Below, piece by piece: positions 8,088 through 16,769 of a DNA stretch of 64,000 nucleotides (its first letter is position 1; each line of letters opens with the position of its first letter). This DNA is from Bacilli bacterium (GTDB taxonomy: Bacteria > Bacillota_I > Bacilli_A > RF39 > UBA660). The stretch is from assembly GCA_028693035.1 (NCBI GenBank), contig JAQUWE010000003.1:8255-72254 (forward strand). Reading direction: 5' to 3'. Below the pieces are notes generated by a model, which saw only the letters and a list, made by a program, of their open reading frames with translations, had not been told where the DNA came from and did not search any database. A program made the translations under genes and the position numbers.

Positions 8088-10202
8088 ATGATGGAAGATA
8101 CAAAAGTTAAAATTATGAACATTTTAAATAAAAATAATAAGCCAATGGAGATTATCGATATTTCAAATGAAATTGGTGATGAATTTAGAGAAACAGCAGA
8201 AGCTTTAAGAGAATTAGAAAAAGAATCAAAGGTGAAACTTACCAAAAAAGGTAAATATATGTGTACAGATTATAAATTTGGTAAAATAAAAATCACAAAA
8301 AGTAATGTAGGGTATGTAAGCGTTATAGGAGAAGATGATATCTACATAAAAAACAGAGATACGAAAGGAGCCATTAGTGGGGATAGTGTCATTGTAGAGA
8401 TAAGTGATGTAGGAACAAGAACAGGAAAAATTATAAAAATTTTAGAAAAAGAAAGAGACCTTGAAGTAGGGCAAATTGTTACCATAGAAAACCAGCAGTA
8501 TGTACAATTAGATGATATTCAAAAAAATGGAATATTGGTTAAACTTAACGAAAAAGGATCATCTTTGGTAGAAGGTCATAAAGTAGCAGTTAAGATAGGA
8601 ACGCTTGTGAAAAAAAATATTTATAGTGGGCAATTACTCAAAGTAATAGGACATATAGGTGATCCCGGAATTGATATTATAAGTAAGGCTGTTATGTACC
8701 ATATTGAAACGGAATTTCCAGATAGAGTATTACAACAAGTTGAAAGAATATCTTCTAAACTTACAAAAGAAGACTATGAAAACAGAAGAGATTTGAGAGA
8801 TAAAACAATATTTACAATTGATGGGGATAGAGCTAAAGACTTTGATGATGCTGTTTCAATTGAACAACTGCCTAATAAAAATTTCCTGTTAGGTGTTCAT
8901 ATTGCAGATGTATCTGCTTATGTAAAGGAATCTAGTGCATTAGATAAAGAGGCTTTTAATAGAGGAACCTCTGTTTATTTAGCGGACAGAGTCATTCCAA
9001 TGCTTCCTCACCAATTGTCTGATGAAATATGCTCTTTAAAAGAAGGCGTTCCGCGTTTAACCTTGAGTGTAGAAATGGAAATTGATGCAAGTGGTACGGT
9101 TGTAAATCATGATTTTTTTGAGTCTGTAATTCAGTCTAAAAAGAGAATGACCTATCAAAAGGTAGAGGATGTCTTAAATGATGAAAGTAAAGATGATAGT
9201 TATAAACCTTTTGAGAACGATTTAAAAATGATGAAAAGTTTGTCTGTTCTATTAAGAAAAAAGAGAAATGAAAAGGGAAGTATAGATTTTAACAAAAAAG
9301 AGATGCGAATTGTTGTGAATGAAAATGGTAAAGCAGAAGATGTAGTCCAAGAAAAGCGCCTTTATTCTTGCAAAATTATTGAGGATTTCATGATTGAAGC
9401 CAATGTAACTGCTGCAGAGCATGTTTCTTCTATGGACTATCCATTTGTTTATAGAGTGCATGAAGCACCTAACGAAGACAAATTAGCAGAATTTACTAAA
9501 TTTGCAAAAACAATGAATGAAAGAATAGGAAAATTACCCAAAAATATGCATCCAAAAGTAATCCAACAAATATTAGAAACAATAAAAGGAAGCCCTGATT
9601 ATGAAGTATATTCCCAGTTACTTCTCAGATGTATGCAAAAGGCAGTGTATAATGCTCACAATATTGGGCACTTTGGTCTAGCACTCGAAAATTATACACA
9701 CTTTACTTCTCCGATAAGGCGTTATCCAGATCTACTGGTACATAGGGCATTAAAACAATATATAAAAAGAGATTTTTCTCTTAATGAGAGAAAGGCAAAT
9801 CAAAAAACAGAGTATCTACAAATAGCAGCCAACCATGCCTCTTTAAAAGAGCAGAATGCAGCAAAATGTGAAAGAGAAGTAAATAAAATGAAAGCTGCTG
9901 AATATATGCAGAGTCATATCGGACAAACCTTTAATGGAAAAATAACAGGTGTTACTGAACTTGGTATTTATGTAGACATTTATAATGGAGTAGAGGGTTT
10001 GATCAAACGTGTAGATTTAAATAAAGGCTTTTATGACCCTGCCACCTATGTTATTTCAACTGCAGATCATAGGCAATATAGATTAGGGGATTTTGTAGAA
10101 GTAATAGTAGACAGTACAATCAAAGAACTTGGTCAAATCAATTTAACATTGGTTAAAAAATTAGATAAAATTAAAAAATTAGATAAAATTAAAAAATTAT
10201 AA
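8088..10202 (+). CDS. rnr: ribonuclease R (VacB/RNase II family, with C-terminal S1 domain)
   Basis: RNB-domain motifs (DGDRAKDFDDAVS, ADVSAYV, LADRVIPMLP, HFGLA...YTHFTSPIRRYPDL) and an S1 domain (GKITGVTELGIYVD). Start moved to ATG 8088, which follows GGAGGA. Confidence 0.9.
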   Translation: MMEDTKVKIMNILNKNNKPMEIIDISNEIGDEFRETAEALRELEKESKVKLTKKGKYMCTDYKFGKIKITKSNVGYVSVIGEDDIYIKNRDTKGAISGDSVIVEISDVGTRTGKIIKILEKERDLEVGQIVTIENQQYVQLDDIQKNGILVKLNEKGSSLVEGHKVAVKIGTLVKKNIYSGQLLKVIGHIGDPGIDIISKAVMYHIETEFPDRVLQQVERISSKLTKEDYENRRDLRDKTIFTIDGDRAKDFDDAVSIEQLPNKNFLLGVHIADVSAYVKESSALDKEAFNRGTSVYLADRVIPMLPHQLSDEICSLKEGVPRLTLSVEMEIDASGTVVNHDFFESVIQSKKRMTYQKVEDVLNDESKDDSYKPFENDLKMMKSLSVLLRKKRNEKGSIDFNKKEMRIVVNENGKAEDVVQEKRLYSCKIIEDFMIEANVTAAEHVSSMDYPFVYRVHEAPNEDKLAEFTKFAKTMNERIGKLPKNMHPKVIQQILETIKGSPDYEVYSQLLLRCMQKAVYNAHNIGHFGLALENYTHFTSPIRRYPDLLVHRALKQYIKRDFSLNERKANQKTEYLQIAANHASLKEQNAAKCEREVNKMKAAEYMQSHIGQTFNGKITGVTELGIYVDIYNGVEGLIKRVDLNKGFYDPATYVISTADHRQYRLGDFVEVIVDSTIKELGQINLTLVKKLDKIKKLDKIKKL

Positions 10203-10219
10203 AGATTGGATAGTAAAAT

Positions 10220-11176
10220 ATGTATGACAAATATGTAAATAATATTATAAATTTAGTGCAGTATTATATGTTAAAAAATAAAAGCTTTGAAGAGATAAGA
10301 AATCGATTAAATATAACGGGAGATAATTTGATACAATTTATTGATGAAATAAATAGTATGAATGCTACAAAAGTTCCTATTTATATGGAAAATGGCCATC
10401 CTAGGATTGTATACAGTAAAAGAGAATATACTGTTCAACACTTGAATGCGCCTAAGAAAAAGTTTACTATCATGCTTGAATCCGATAAACATATAGACCA
10501 TGTTTGTGATAATTTTGAATATATTCATAACAATCATGAGGAAGCTGCCAAAAGAGGTGTCGATTATATTTTCGACCTGGGAGATGTATTTAACGGTCCT
10601 CTCTATAGAGTAAATAATCCTAAAAAGGTAAGAACAGGAACACTAGAAGGAGCTATTCAAAGACTAAAACAATATCATCCAAGTCGTATTCCTACCCATA
10701 TTATTACAGGAAATCATGATCTTAAATATATGGAATACTATGCTTGTGATATAGGGAGATTGGCAGAATATGAATGCAAAAATATAATATTTTGCGATAA
10801 TTTATTTACATCAATTCAAATTGGAAATTTCAGAGTCAATTTCTCTCATGGTAGTATAGAAAATAAACTTTTAGCAAATATAAATTTAAGTAAAGAACAC
10901 CCATTTTTAACCGCTAATAATCCTCATATGATCGCACAAGGCCATTTTCATATAAGTAGTTATCCAGAATATAGCAATCCCTTTTTATGCCAAGTTCCAA
11001 GCTCGAAAGTGAGTAAACAAAAAGAAAAAACTACTGTAGGAAACAAGGGTAAGGAAACGGGTATTGTTTTTATAACGGTTAATGAATTATCTGACGAATT
11101 TGAAATTGAGCAAGAAACAATAGAGTTTGGAGGCACTAAGAAATTTGTAAAAAGAGAAATACGAATTAAAAAATAA
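10220..11176 (+). CDS. metallophosphoesterase family protein with an N-terminal extension
   Basis: Calcineurin-like motifs SDKHIDH, LGDVFNG, GNHD, SHG and GHFH in the canonical order. Confidence 0.6.
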   Translation: MYDKYVNNIINLVQYYMLKNKSFEEIRNRLNITGDNLIQFIDEINSMNATKVPIYMENGHPRIVYSKREYTVQHLNAPKKKFTIMLESDKHIDHVCDNFEYIHNNHEEAAKRGVDYIFDLGDVFNGPLYRVNNPKKVRTGTLEGAIQRLKQYHPSRIPTHIITGNHDLKYMEYYACDIGRLAEYECKNIIFCDNLFTSIQIGNFRVNFSHGSIENKLLANINLSKEHPFLTANNPHMIAQGHFHISSYPEYSNPFLCQVPSSKVSKQKEKTTVGNKGKETGIVFITVNELSDEFEIEQETIEFGGTKKFVKREIRIKK

Positions 11177-11181
11177 AAAAA

Positions 11182-11224
11182 TATGCATATAGCAATTGAC
11201 AAAGCAATAAAATTGATGTATAAC
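11182..11224 (+). promoter_or_regulatory. promoter carrying a 20-nt module that is shared with 14759-14778
   Basis: TATGCATATAGCAATTGACA (includes the palindrome ATATGCATAT and the -35 element TTGACA), a 17-nt spacer, then TATAAC. Confidence 0.55.
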
Positions 11225-11291
11225 TGTATACAAGTGAGAGAACATAAGCATTATGTGAGCTGTTCTAGGTACACGCCTACACGAGCATTAA

Positions 11292-11336
11292 GCACGGAGT
11301 CACTATCATTTTTGATACTGATTTTGTGCTTTTTTT
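11292..11336 (+). terminator. leader terminator (attenuator) upstream of the ABC transporter operon
   Basis: 16-position stem GCACGGAGTCACTATC / GATACTGATTTTGTGC (one mismatch, three G-U pairs) followed by T7, located 58 nt upstream of the ABC ATPase start. Confidence 0.6.
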
Positions 11337-11394
11337 AGTGGCAATCATTCAGAAAATCAAAAAGGAGATAACATTTTAGATAGGAGTGATTGCG

Positions 11395-12375
11395 ATGGCA
11401 ATAATAGAAGTAAAAGACTTATGTAAAAACTATAAGTTTAGTGTGAAAGAAAAAAAACAAGGGATCATTAAACATTTATTTAAAAGTGATACCAAAGAAG
11501 TAAAAGCGGTAAATCATATTTCCTTTTCTGTAGAAAAAGGAGAGACTATTGCATTTATAGGACCTAATGGAGCAGGAAAATCAACCACGATTAAAATGCT
11601 GACAGGAATTCTGTCTCCAAGTGCAGGCTGCATTCAAATATGTGGTTTAACACCTATAAAAGATAGAAATAAACTTGCATACCAAATCGGAACAGTCTTT
11701 GGTCAAAGAAGTCAATTGTTACCAAATCTCCCTTTAACAGATACAATGGAAATGTTTGGTGCTATGTATGATATGTCAAAAGAGCAAAGTAAAAGCAGAA
11801 TTGAAGAATTGTCTATTTTATTTGAATTAGATTCTTTTATGCATCAACCCGTTCGAAAATTATCATTGGGACAAAGAATGCGTGCAGAAATTGCAACTTC
11901 CTTAATGCATAAACCTAAGATTATTTTCTTAGATGAACCTACTATTGGTCTTGATGTTGTTTCAAAAAAGAAGTTAAGAGATTTACTTATTAAAATCAAT
12001 GAAGAGGAAGAAACCACTATCTTTTTAACAAGTCACGATACGGAAGATATTCAAAGTATTTGTAAAAGATGTATCATTGTCAACAATGGAAAAATTATGA
12101 TAGATATGCCAACAAAAGAACTGATTGGTTCTTATATTAAAAATAAAAATATGATAATCACACCAGAAACAGTATTTGAAACATTTGAACAATTACCAAA
12201 AGGAGTAGAATACATAGAAAAGCATAAAGATCAAATTATCTTAAAAATAAATACAGAAATAATAAGTACACAAGAAGCATTGCAGAAAATAACCAAACTA
12301 TTTAATATTGATGATATCAACATAGAAAATGAATCATTAGAAAATATTATAAGAGGCATTTATGAAAAAAGTTAA
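11395..12375 (+). CDS. ABC transporter ATP-binding protein
   Basis: Walker A GPNGAGKST, signature LSLGQRMR and Walker B IIFLDEPT. Start moved to ATG 11395, downstream of AGGAG. Confidence 0.9.
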   Translation: MAIIEVKDLCKNYKFSVKEKKQGIIKHLFKSDTKEVKAVNHISFSVEKGETIAFIGPNGAGKSTTIKMLTGILSPSAGCIQICGLTPIKDRNKLAYQIGTVFGQRSQLLPNLPLTDTMEMFGAMYDMSKEQSKSRIEELSILFELDSFMHQPVRKLSLGQRMRAEIATSLMHKPKIIFLDEPTIGLDVVSKKKLRDLLIKINEEEETTIFLTSHDTEDIQSICKRCIIVNNGKIMIDMPTKELIGSYIKNKNMIITPETVFETFEQLPKGVEYIEKHKDQIILKINTEIISTQEALQKITKLFNIDDINIENESLENIIRGIYEKS

Positions 12376-13159
12376 ATTCTTTTGTACGGTTATTAAAATC
12401 TTCATGAAGAATCAAATGCAAAATAAAGGGTATATTTTCTTGGATTTATTTAATATGGTTTCTAGATGTCTTGTCTTATTTTTCTTGTATTCTTACATCT
12501 TTCATTTACAAGGTGGATCGATAAAAGGGATTTCTTATGAAACCACGCTTTGGAGTATGTTCATTTACTTCTGTATAATGACTTTAAACATCAGAAAAAT
12601 ATATAAACTTATTATGGATGATGTAAAAAGTGGAAATATAGAAATGTTTATGAATAAACCAGTGAGTTATATCGTTTTAAGTTTTTGTAAAATTATTGGG
12701 CAAGGTATATATTCCTTTTTAATCGTCAGTGTATTTGGAAGTATTGTGATGTCCTTGTTTGTAGGATTTCCTGAAGTGAATTTATTTTTATGGATACCAA
12801 GTATGTTTATTACTGTAATATTTGGACAAATTCTAGCTTTAATTATCTATTCTATTATTGGAATTTTATCCTTGTTTATGCAAGATGTTAGAGCTATCTA
12901 CTGGATTACAGATAAATTTGTCATGATACTAGGAGGAAGTTATTTGCCTATTTCTATGTTTCCAATTTATTTAAAAGTAATCGCATATATGAGTCCATTT
13001 GGCGCTATCAATTTCGCATCCAGTACGGTGTATGCATCTTGGAATAATGAATTTATAATTAGAATTTTACTTCAGCTAGGATGGATTGTATTATTTGGTG
13101 TTTTATTAAAGGTTATTTTTAATAAAGCAAAACAAAAAGCAATGATCAATGGAGGTTAA
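12362..13159 (+). CDS. ABC-2 family transporter permease
   Basis: Multi-TM protein that overlaps the ATPase stop. This is the typical ATPase plus two ABC-2 permeases arrangement. Confidence 0.65.
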   Translation: MKKVKFFCTVIKIFMKNQMQNKGYIFLDLFNMVSRCLVLFFLYSYIFHLQGGSIKGISYETTLWSMFIYFCIMTLNIRKIYKLIMDDVKSGNIEMFMNKPVSYIVLSFCKIIGQGIYSFLIVSVFGSIVMSLFVGFPEVNLFLWIPSMFITVIFGQILALIIYSIIGILSLFMQDVRAIYWITDKFVMILGGSYLPISMFPIYLKVIAYMSPFGAINFASSTVYASWNNEFIIRILLQLGWIVLFGVLLKVIFNKAKQKAMINGG

Positions 13160-13162
13160 AAA

Positions 13163-13954
13163 ATGAAAAATATAAAATTAGCCATTCTGAATATTAAAAA
13201 GAATTTTCAAAATGAAAAAGAATTAAAAAGTGCTTTTATCACTTCCATTATAGGAATGTGTATCAATAATATTGCTTTCATTTTACTATGGTTTAACTTT
13301 GGTAAAATTGCAGGTAATTTAAATGGATGGGAGCCTTTTGATATTATTGGTTTGTATGGTTTTTCAACAACTTCTTATGGTTTGGTCTTTTCCATATTTT
13401 ATGGAATTCAAAATTTGCCAAATTATATTAGTACTGGTAATTTTGATAAGTATTTATTAACACCAAAAAATATACTTTTGAAAGTAGCAACTTCCGCTGT
13501 TTCAACAAGTGCGATAGGAGATTTTCTATTTGGTTTTATTTGTTATATTATTTTTATGGTTACCAATCATTTTACTTTATTACAAATTCTAATTTCATTA
13601 CTTTTTTTAGTAATATCTTCTATTGTTTATTTTTCTTTTACTGTCATTAGTATGAGTTTATCTTTCTATTTTATGGATGGTGAAAATATATCAGATGGGT
13701 TATTTCAAATGCTATTAACGCCTTCTTTCTATCATGGTGGTGCTTTTAGTAAAGGACTTAGAATTGTCTTTACTTTTGTAATACCTTCTTTGGTATTGGG
13801 GGCAATCCCAGTTGAAATTATAAAGAATATTACAGTAGGCAATGTTTGTTTTGTATTAGGAATTGCTGTCTTTTGGTTTCTCTTTTCTATTTGGTTTTTC
13901 TATACCTCTTTAAAGAAATATGAAAGTAATAATTTCTTTGGTTTTGGTGGATAA
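13163..13954 (+). CDS. ABC-2 family transporter permease (second subunit)
   Basis: Multi-TM protein starting 4 nt after the previous gene. Confidence 0.65.
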   Translation: MKNIKLAILNIKKNFQNEKELKSAFITSIIGMCINNIAFILLWFNFGKIAGNLNGWEPFDIIGLYGFSTTSYGLVFSIFYGIQNLPNYISTGNFDKYLLTPKNILLKVATSAVSTSAIGDFLFGFICYIIFMVTNHFTLLQILISLLFLVISSIVYFSFTVISMSLSFYFMDGENISDGLFQMLLTPSFYHGGAFSKGLRIVFTFVIPSLVLGAIPVEIIKNITVGNVCFVLGIAVFWFLFSIWFFYTSLKKYESNNFFGFGG

Positions 13955-13988
13955 GAGAAAATCAAATTCTATAAATGTTATATAAAAG

Positions 13989-14015
13989 AATCTTAGTGTT
14001 TGCTAGGATTTTTTT
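13989..14015 (+). terminator. intrinsic terminator after the ABC operon
   Basis: AATCTTAG-tgtttg-CTAGGATT followed by T7. Confidence 0.65.
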
Positions 14016-14117
14016 ATTACAGTAATAAAGGCAGTATTTGCATCAATGGGTATGTTATAATAAAAAAAGAATAGAATCTAATTTTTATACAAAGTTTAAA
14101 ATAAGGAGTGCGCTAAA

Positions 14118-14747
14118 ATGAAGATAAGTGAAAAAAATAAAATAGCGATTGATACCTATGATCTTATTGCTGAAAAATACAAAATGGAATTTGAAAATGA
14201 TTTGTCAGATCAAATTTACATTGATAAATTCTTAGAATATGTAAAGACAGGTACAATCTTAGATATAGGATGTGGCATAGGGCACTTAACAAATTATATC
14301 AGCCAAAAGGGATTTCAAATAACGGGTATTGATCTTTCTACACACATGCTGGAAATAGCAAGACAGTCCTATCCTAATATAGAATTTTTAAAAATGAATA
14401 TGAGAGATTTACAGTTTGATAGTAATTATTTTACTGGTATTTTTGCGGCATATTCTTTATTTCATTTACCATTGGAAGAAATGAAACAGGTTCTTGCTAC
14501 GTGTAAACGTATTCTGAAAGAAAAGGGATTTATTATTTTATTTTTACAGGAAGGGACGGGAGACCATGTAATTAGGGAACCCCTTTTACCAGAAAAAAAT
14601 ACTTATATCCAATATATAGAAGAGTTTGAAATTGTACATATGCTTGGAGAAGCGGGTTTTCATATTTTGTGCAGTGCTAAAAAGAATATAAAGGAAGCAA
14701 TGGGATTAGGTGAAAATACGCTTATTTTAATTGCCAGTAGCCAATAA
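14118..14747 (+). CDS. class I SAM-dependent methyltransferase
   Basis: Motif I ILDIGCGIGHLT, with a motif II/III-like pattern downstream (GIDLS..ML, FAAYSLFHL). Confidence 0.8.
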   Translation: MKISEKNKIAIDTYDLIAEKYKMEFENDLSDQIYIDKFLEYVKTGTILDIGCGIGHLTNYISQKGFQITGIDLSTHMLEIARQSYPNIEFLKMNMRDLQFDSNYFTGIFAAYSLFHLPLEEMKQVLATCKRILKEKGFIILFLQEGTGDHVIREPLLPEKNTYIQYIEEFEIVHMLGEAGFHILCSAKKNIKEAMGLGENTLILIASSQ

Positions 14748-14758
14748 AAAATATATTT

Positions 14759-14800
14759 TATGCATATAGCAATTGACATAAGAATATAATTACTATATAC
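14759..14800 (+). promoter_or_regulatory. promoter carrying the same 20-nt module as 11182-11201
   Basis: Identical TATGCATATAGCAATTGACA followed by an AT-rich -10 region (TATATA/ATATAC at 15-16 nt spacing). Confidence 0.5.
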
Positions 14801-14832
14801 TTTAGTTGTAATTAACTTTAGAAAGGAGTGTG

Positions 14833-14925
14833 ATGGACATGATGAAAATTACAAAAACAAAAATGAACAATAAATGTAAGAGCAAGTCTAATCACATTCT
14901 TTTTAATTTTACTATAGAAAAATAA
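14833..14925 (+). CDS. candidate 30-codon leader peptide (MDMMKITKTKMNNKCKSKSNHILFNFTIEK)
   Basis: SD AAAGGAG lies 4-5 nt upstream of the ATG. The ORF ends 6 nt before a hairpin plus T run, all inside the 5-prime leader of 14980-16026. Confidence 0.45.
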   Translation: MDMMKITKTKMNNKCKSKSNHILFNFTIEK

Positions 14926-14931
14926 TGTGGT

Positions 14932-14955
14932 GGAGTCACTTGGTGATTCTTTTTT
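14932..14955 (+). terminator. leader terminator (attenuator) upstream of the kinase-like gene
   Basis: GGAGTCAC-ttg-GTGATTCT stem (8 pairs including 2 G-U) followed by a T run, 25 nt before the ATG at 14980. Confidence 0.45.
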
Positions 14956-14979
14956 CTTGCTCAAATAGAGGAGAAAAAA

Positions 14980-16026
14980 ATGAATAATAAATTATATATA
15001 ATTACTGGACCTGCTGGAGTAGGAAAAAGTACAGTCAGCAAAGAGATTGCTGAGACTTTAGAAAAAACAGTTTTAATTGAAGGGGATGACATTTATAATC
15101 AATTTATAAGTGGAAGAATCAGTCCTTATAAGGAAGAAGCACCACTAGATCTTTTTTGGCAAAACTGTACCGCATTAATAAACAACTATTTAAAAGATGG
15201 ATATACCGTTATATTCAATTATATAGTAAAACAAAAAGAATTAGAAAAATTGAAACAAATATTTAAAGAATATTATATTATTTTTGCTGTACTATTAACA
15301 GACGAAGAAACAATTATAAAAAGAGATAAAGAAAGACCCGTAGATTGTCAAATGGGAGAAAGAAGTCTTATTCTATTACAAGAATTTATAGAAGAAAATT
15401 ATTGTAGAGATAATATTTTAGATACTACCAAGCTCAGTATTTCTGAAATTGCAGACAAAATTATTAAAGATAAAAGATTTCATTTAAATAAAATAAAATT
15501 AGAAGAAATAAAAAAACCAGAAGATATTTTACAGTACATGAAAGATAATATAGAATATGGTTGGTTAGATAGTAACGGGGAAGAGCACATTGGTAATATG
15601 AAAGGTTTTAGAACTTTGTACAGAACTTCTTCTTTAGAAACTATTTTAAAACATAAGTTAGGCACTTGTATTGAACAAGTTTGGCTAATGAAATATTTGT
15701 TTGATAAATTGCAGATTCCTTCTAAAATGTTTTGTACAAGAATTTACGAAGGAAAAGATTTTAATAAGTTAGAGGAAGAAGAACACATGCATTGTTTCTT
15801 ACTTTACTATGTAAATGATAAGGTCTATCATATGGAACATCCAAACTTTAAATGTATAGGCATTTATGAATATAATAAGGAAGAAGAAGCGATTCAAAAG
15901 ATCAATGCCTATTACGAAGAAATGAGCGGTTCTACCGCAAGACCTGTTACAGAATTTTTTACAGTAGAACCCAATCTAACCTTTAAAGAATTTAATATGT
16001 ATATCAATCATTTAGATGAAAAATAA
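14980..16026 (+). CDS. fusion protein: N-terminal P-loop kinase-like domain (TmrB/chloramphenicol-phosphotransferase-like) plus C-terminal transglutaminase-like Cys-His domain
   Basis: Walker A GPAGVGKST near the N-terminus, with a short kinase-sized domain. The C-terminal half has GTCIEQV (Cys), HMHCF (His) and HMEHP spaced like a papain/transglutaminase core. Confidence 0.4.
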   Translation: MNNKLYIITGPAGVGKSTVSKEIAETLEKTVLIEGDDIYNQFISGRISPYKEEAPLDLFWQNCTALINNYLKDGYTVIFNYIVKQKELEKLKQIFKEYYIIFAVLLTDEETIIKRDKERPVDCQMGERSLILLQEFIEENYCRDNILDTTKLSISEIADKIIKDKRFHLNKIKLEEIKKPEDILQYMKDNIEYGWLDSNGEEHIGNMKGFRTLYRTSSLETILKHKLGTCIEQVWLMKYLFDKLQIPSKMFCTRIYEGKDFNKLEEEEHMHCFLLYYVNDKVYHMEHPNFKCIGIYEYNKEEEAIQKINAYYEEMSGSTARPVTEFFTVEPNLTFKEFNMYINHLDEK

Positions 16027-16052
16027 AAACGGATATAAAAAGGAGGCAAATA

Positions 16053-16472
16053 ATGGATATAAAATTGCAGAATGATTTACAGCCAAATGAATTTTTAGAA
16101 TTGATTGAGGCAGTCGGATGGAAGAGTTTATCAGAAAAACAAATTGAAAAATCTTTACGTCATTCTATGTATGTGGTAAAGGCTGTTGTTAATCAAAAAA
16201 CAGTTGCGATGGGAAGAATCATAGGAGATTTTAGTACAAGTGGTGTCCTTACGGATATTATTGTGCATCCAGATTACCAAGGAAATGGAATAGGTACAAA
16301 AATTGTCATGAACATCAAAGCATATATGAATGAATATGTAAAAGAAGGAGAACATTTTCTTATTGAGCTATGTCCGGCATATGGAAAAAGAAATTTCTAT
16401 GCCAATTGTGGATTTAAATACAAACCTGAAAACATGGATGGCATGTATTTATGGATTGATAAGACACTATAA
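16053..16472 (+). CDS. GNAT family N-acetyltransferase
   Basis: Acetyl-CoA motif A-like VHPDYQGNGIGTKIV, about 140 aa. Confidence 0.75.
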   Translation: MDIKLQNDLQPNEFLELIEAVGWKSLSEKQIEKSLRHSMYVVKAVVNQKTVAMGRIIGDFSTSGVLTDIIVHPDYQGNGIGTKIVMNIKAYMNEYVKEGEHFLIELCPAYGKRNFYANCGFKYKPENMDGMYLWIDKTL

Positions 16473-16544
16473 AATGTAGAAATACGATTACTTTTTAAAT
16501 CATTTTATTATCAATATGTTATAATTTTGATAGGAGGGATTACT

Positions 16545-16769
16545 GTGGAAGAAATGGAAAAAAGAGAACTTCAAACGAGTTGTATGAATTGTACCAATGG
16601 TACATGCAGGGTAGAATACAAAGAAAAAGTGGGACTTGATGAATATGGAAAGGCCCAAGGCTCTGATTGTTTTGGTTGGAAAAATCCAGAGATAGTAGAA
16701 AAGCATAAAATCTTAGAAAAAATGTATCAAAAAAAGGGACAAAAAACATATGAATCAAACCGAGTATGA
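16545..16769 (+). CDS. small Cys-rich hypothetical protein
   Basis: GTG start after AGGAGGG. Contains CMNCTNGTC and a later DCFGW. Overlaps the next gene by 20 nt. Confidence 0.35.
   Translation: MEEMEKRELQTSCMNCTNGTCRVEYKEKVGLDEYGKAQGSDCFGWKNPEIVEKHKILEKMYQKKGQKTYESNRV

Noticed and set aside
10155-10199. Short perfect tandem repeats considered as a possible CRISPR or minisatellite array
   Set aside because: There are only 2.5 copies, no spacers, and the repeat is in-frame within rnr. It is a coding low-complexity tail.
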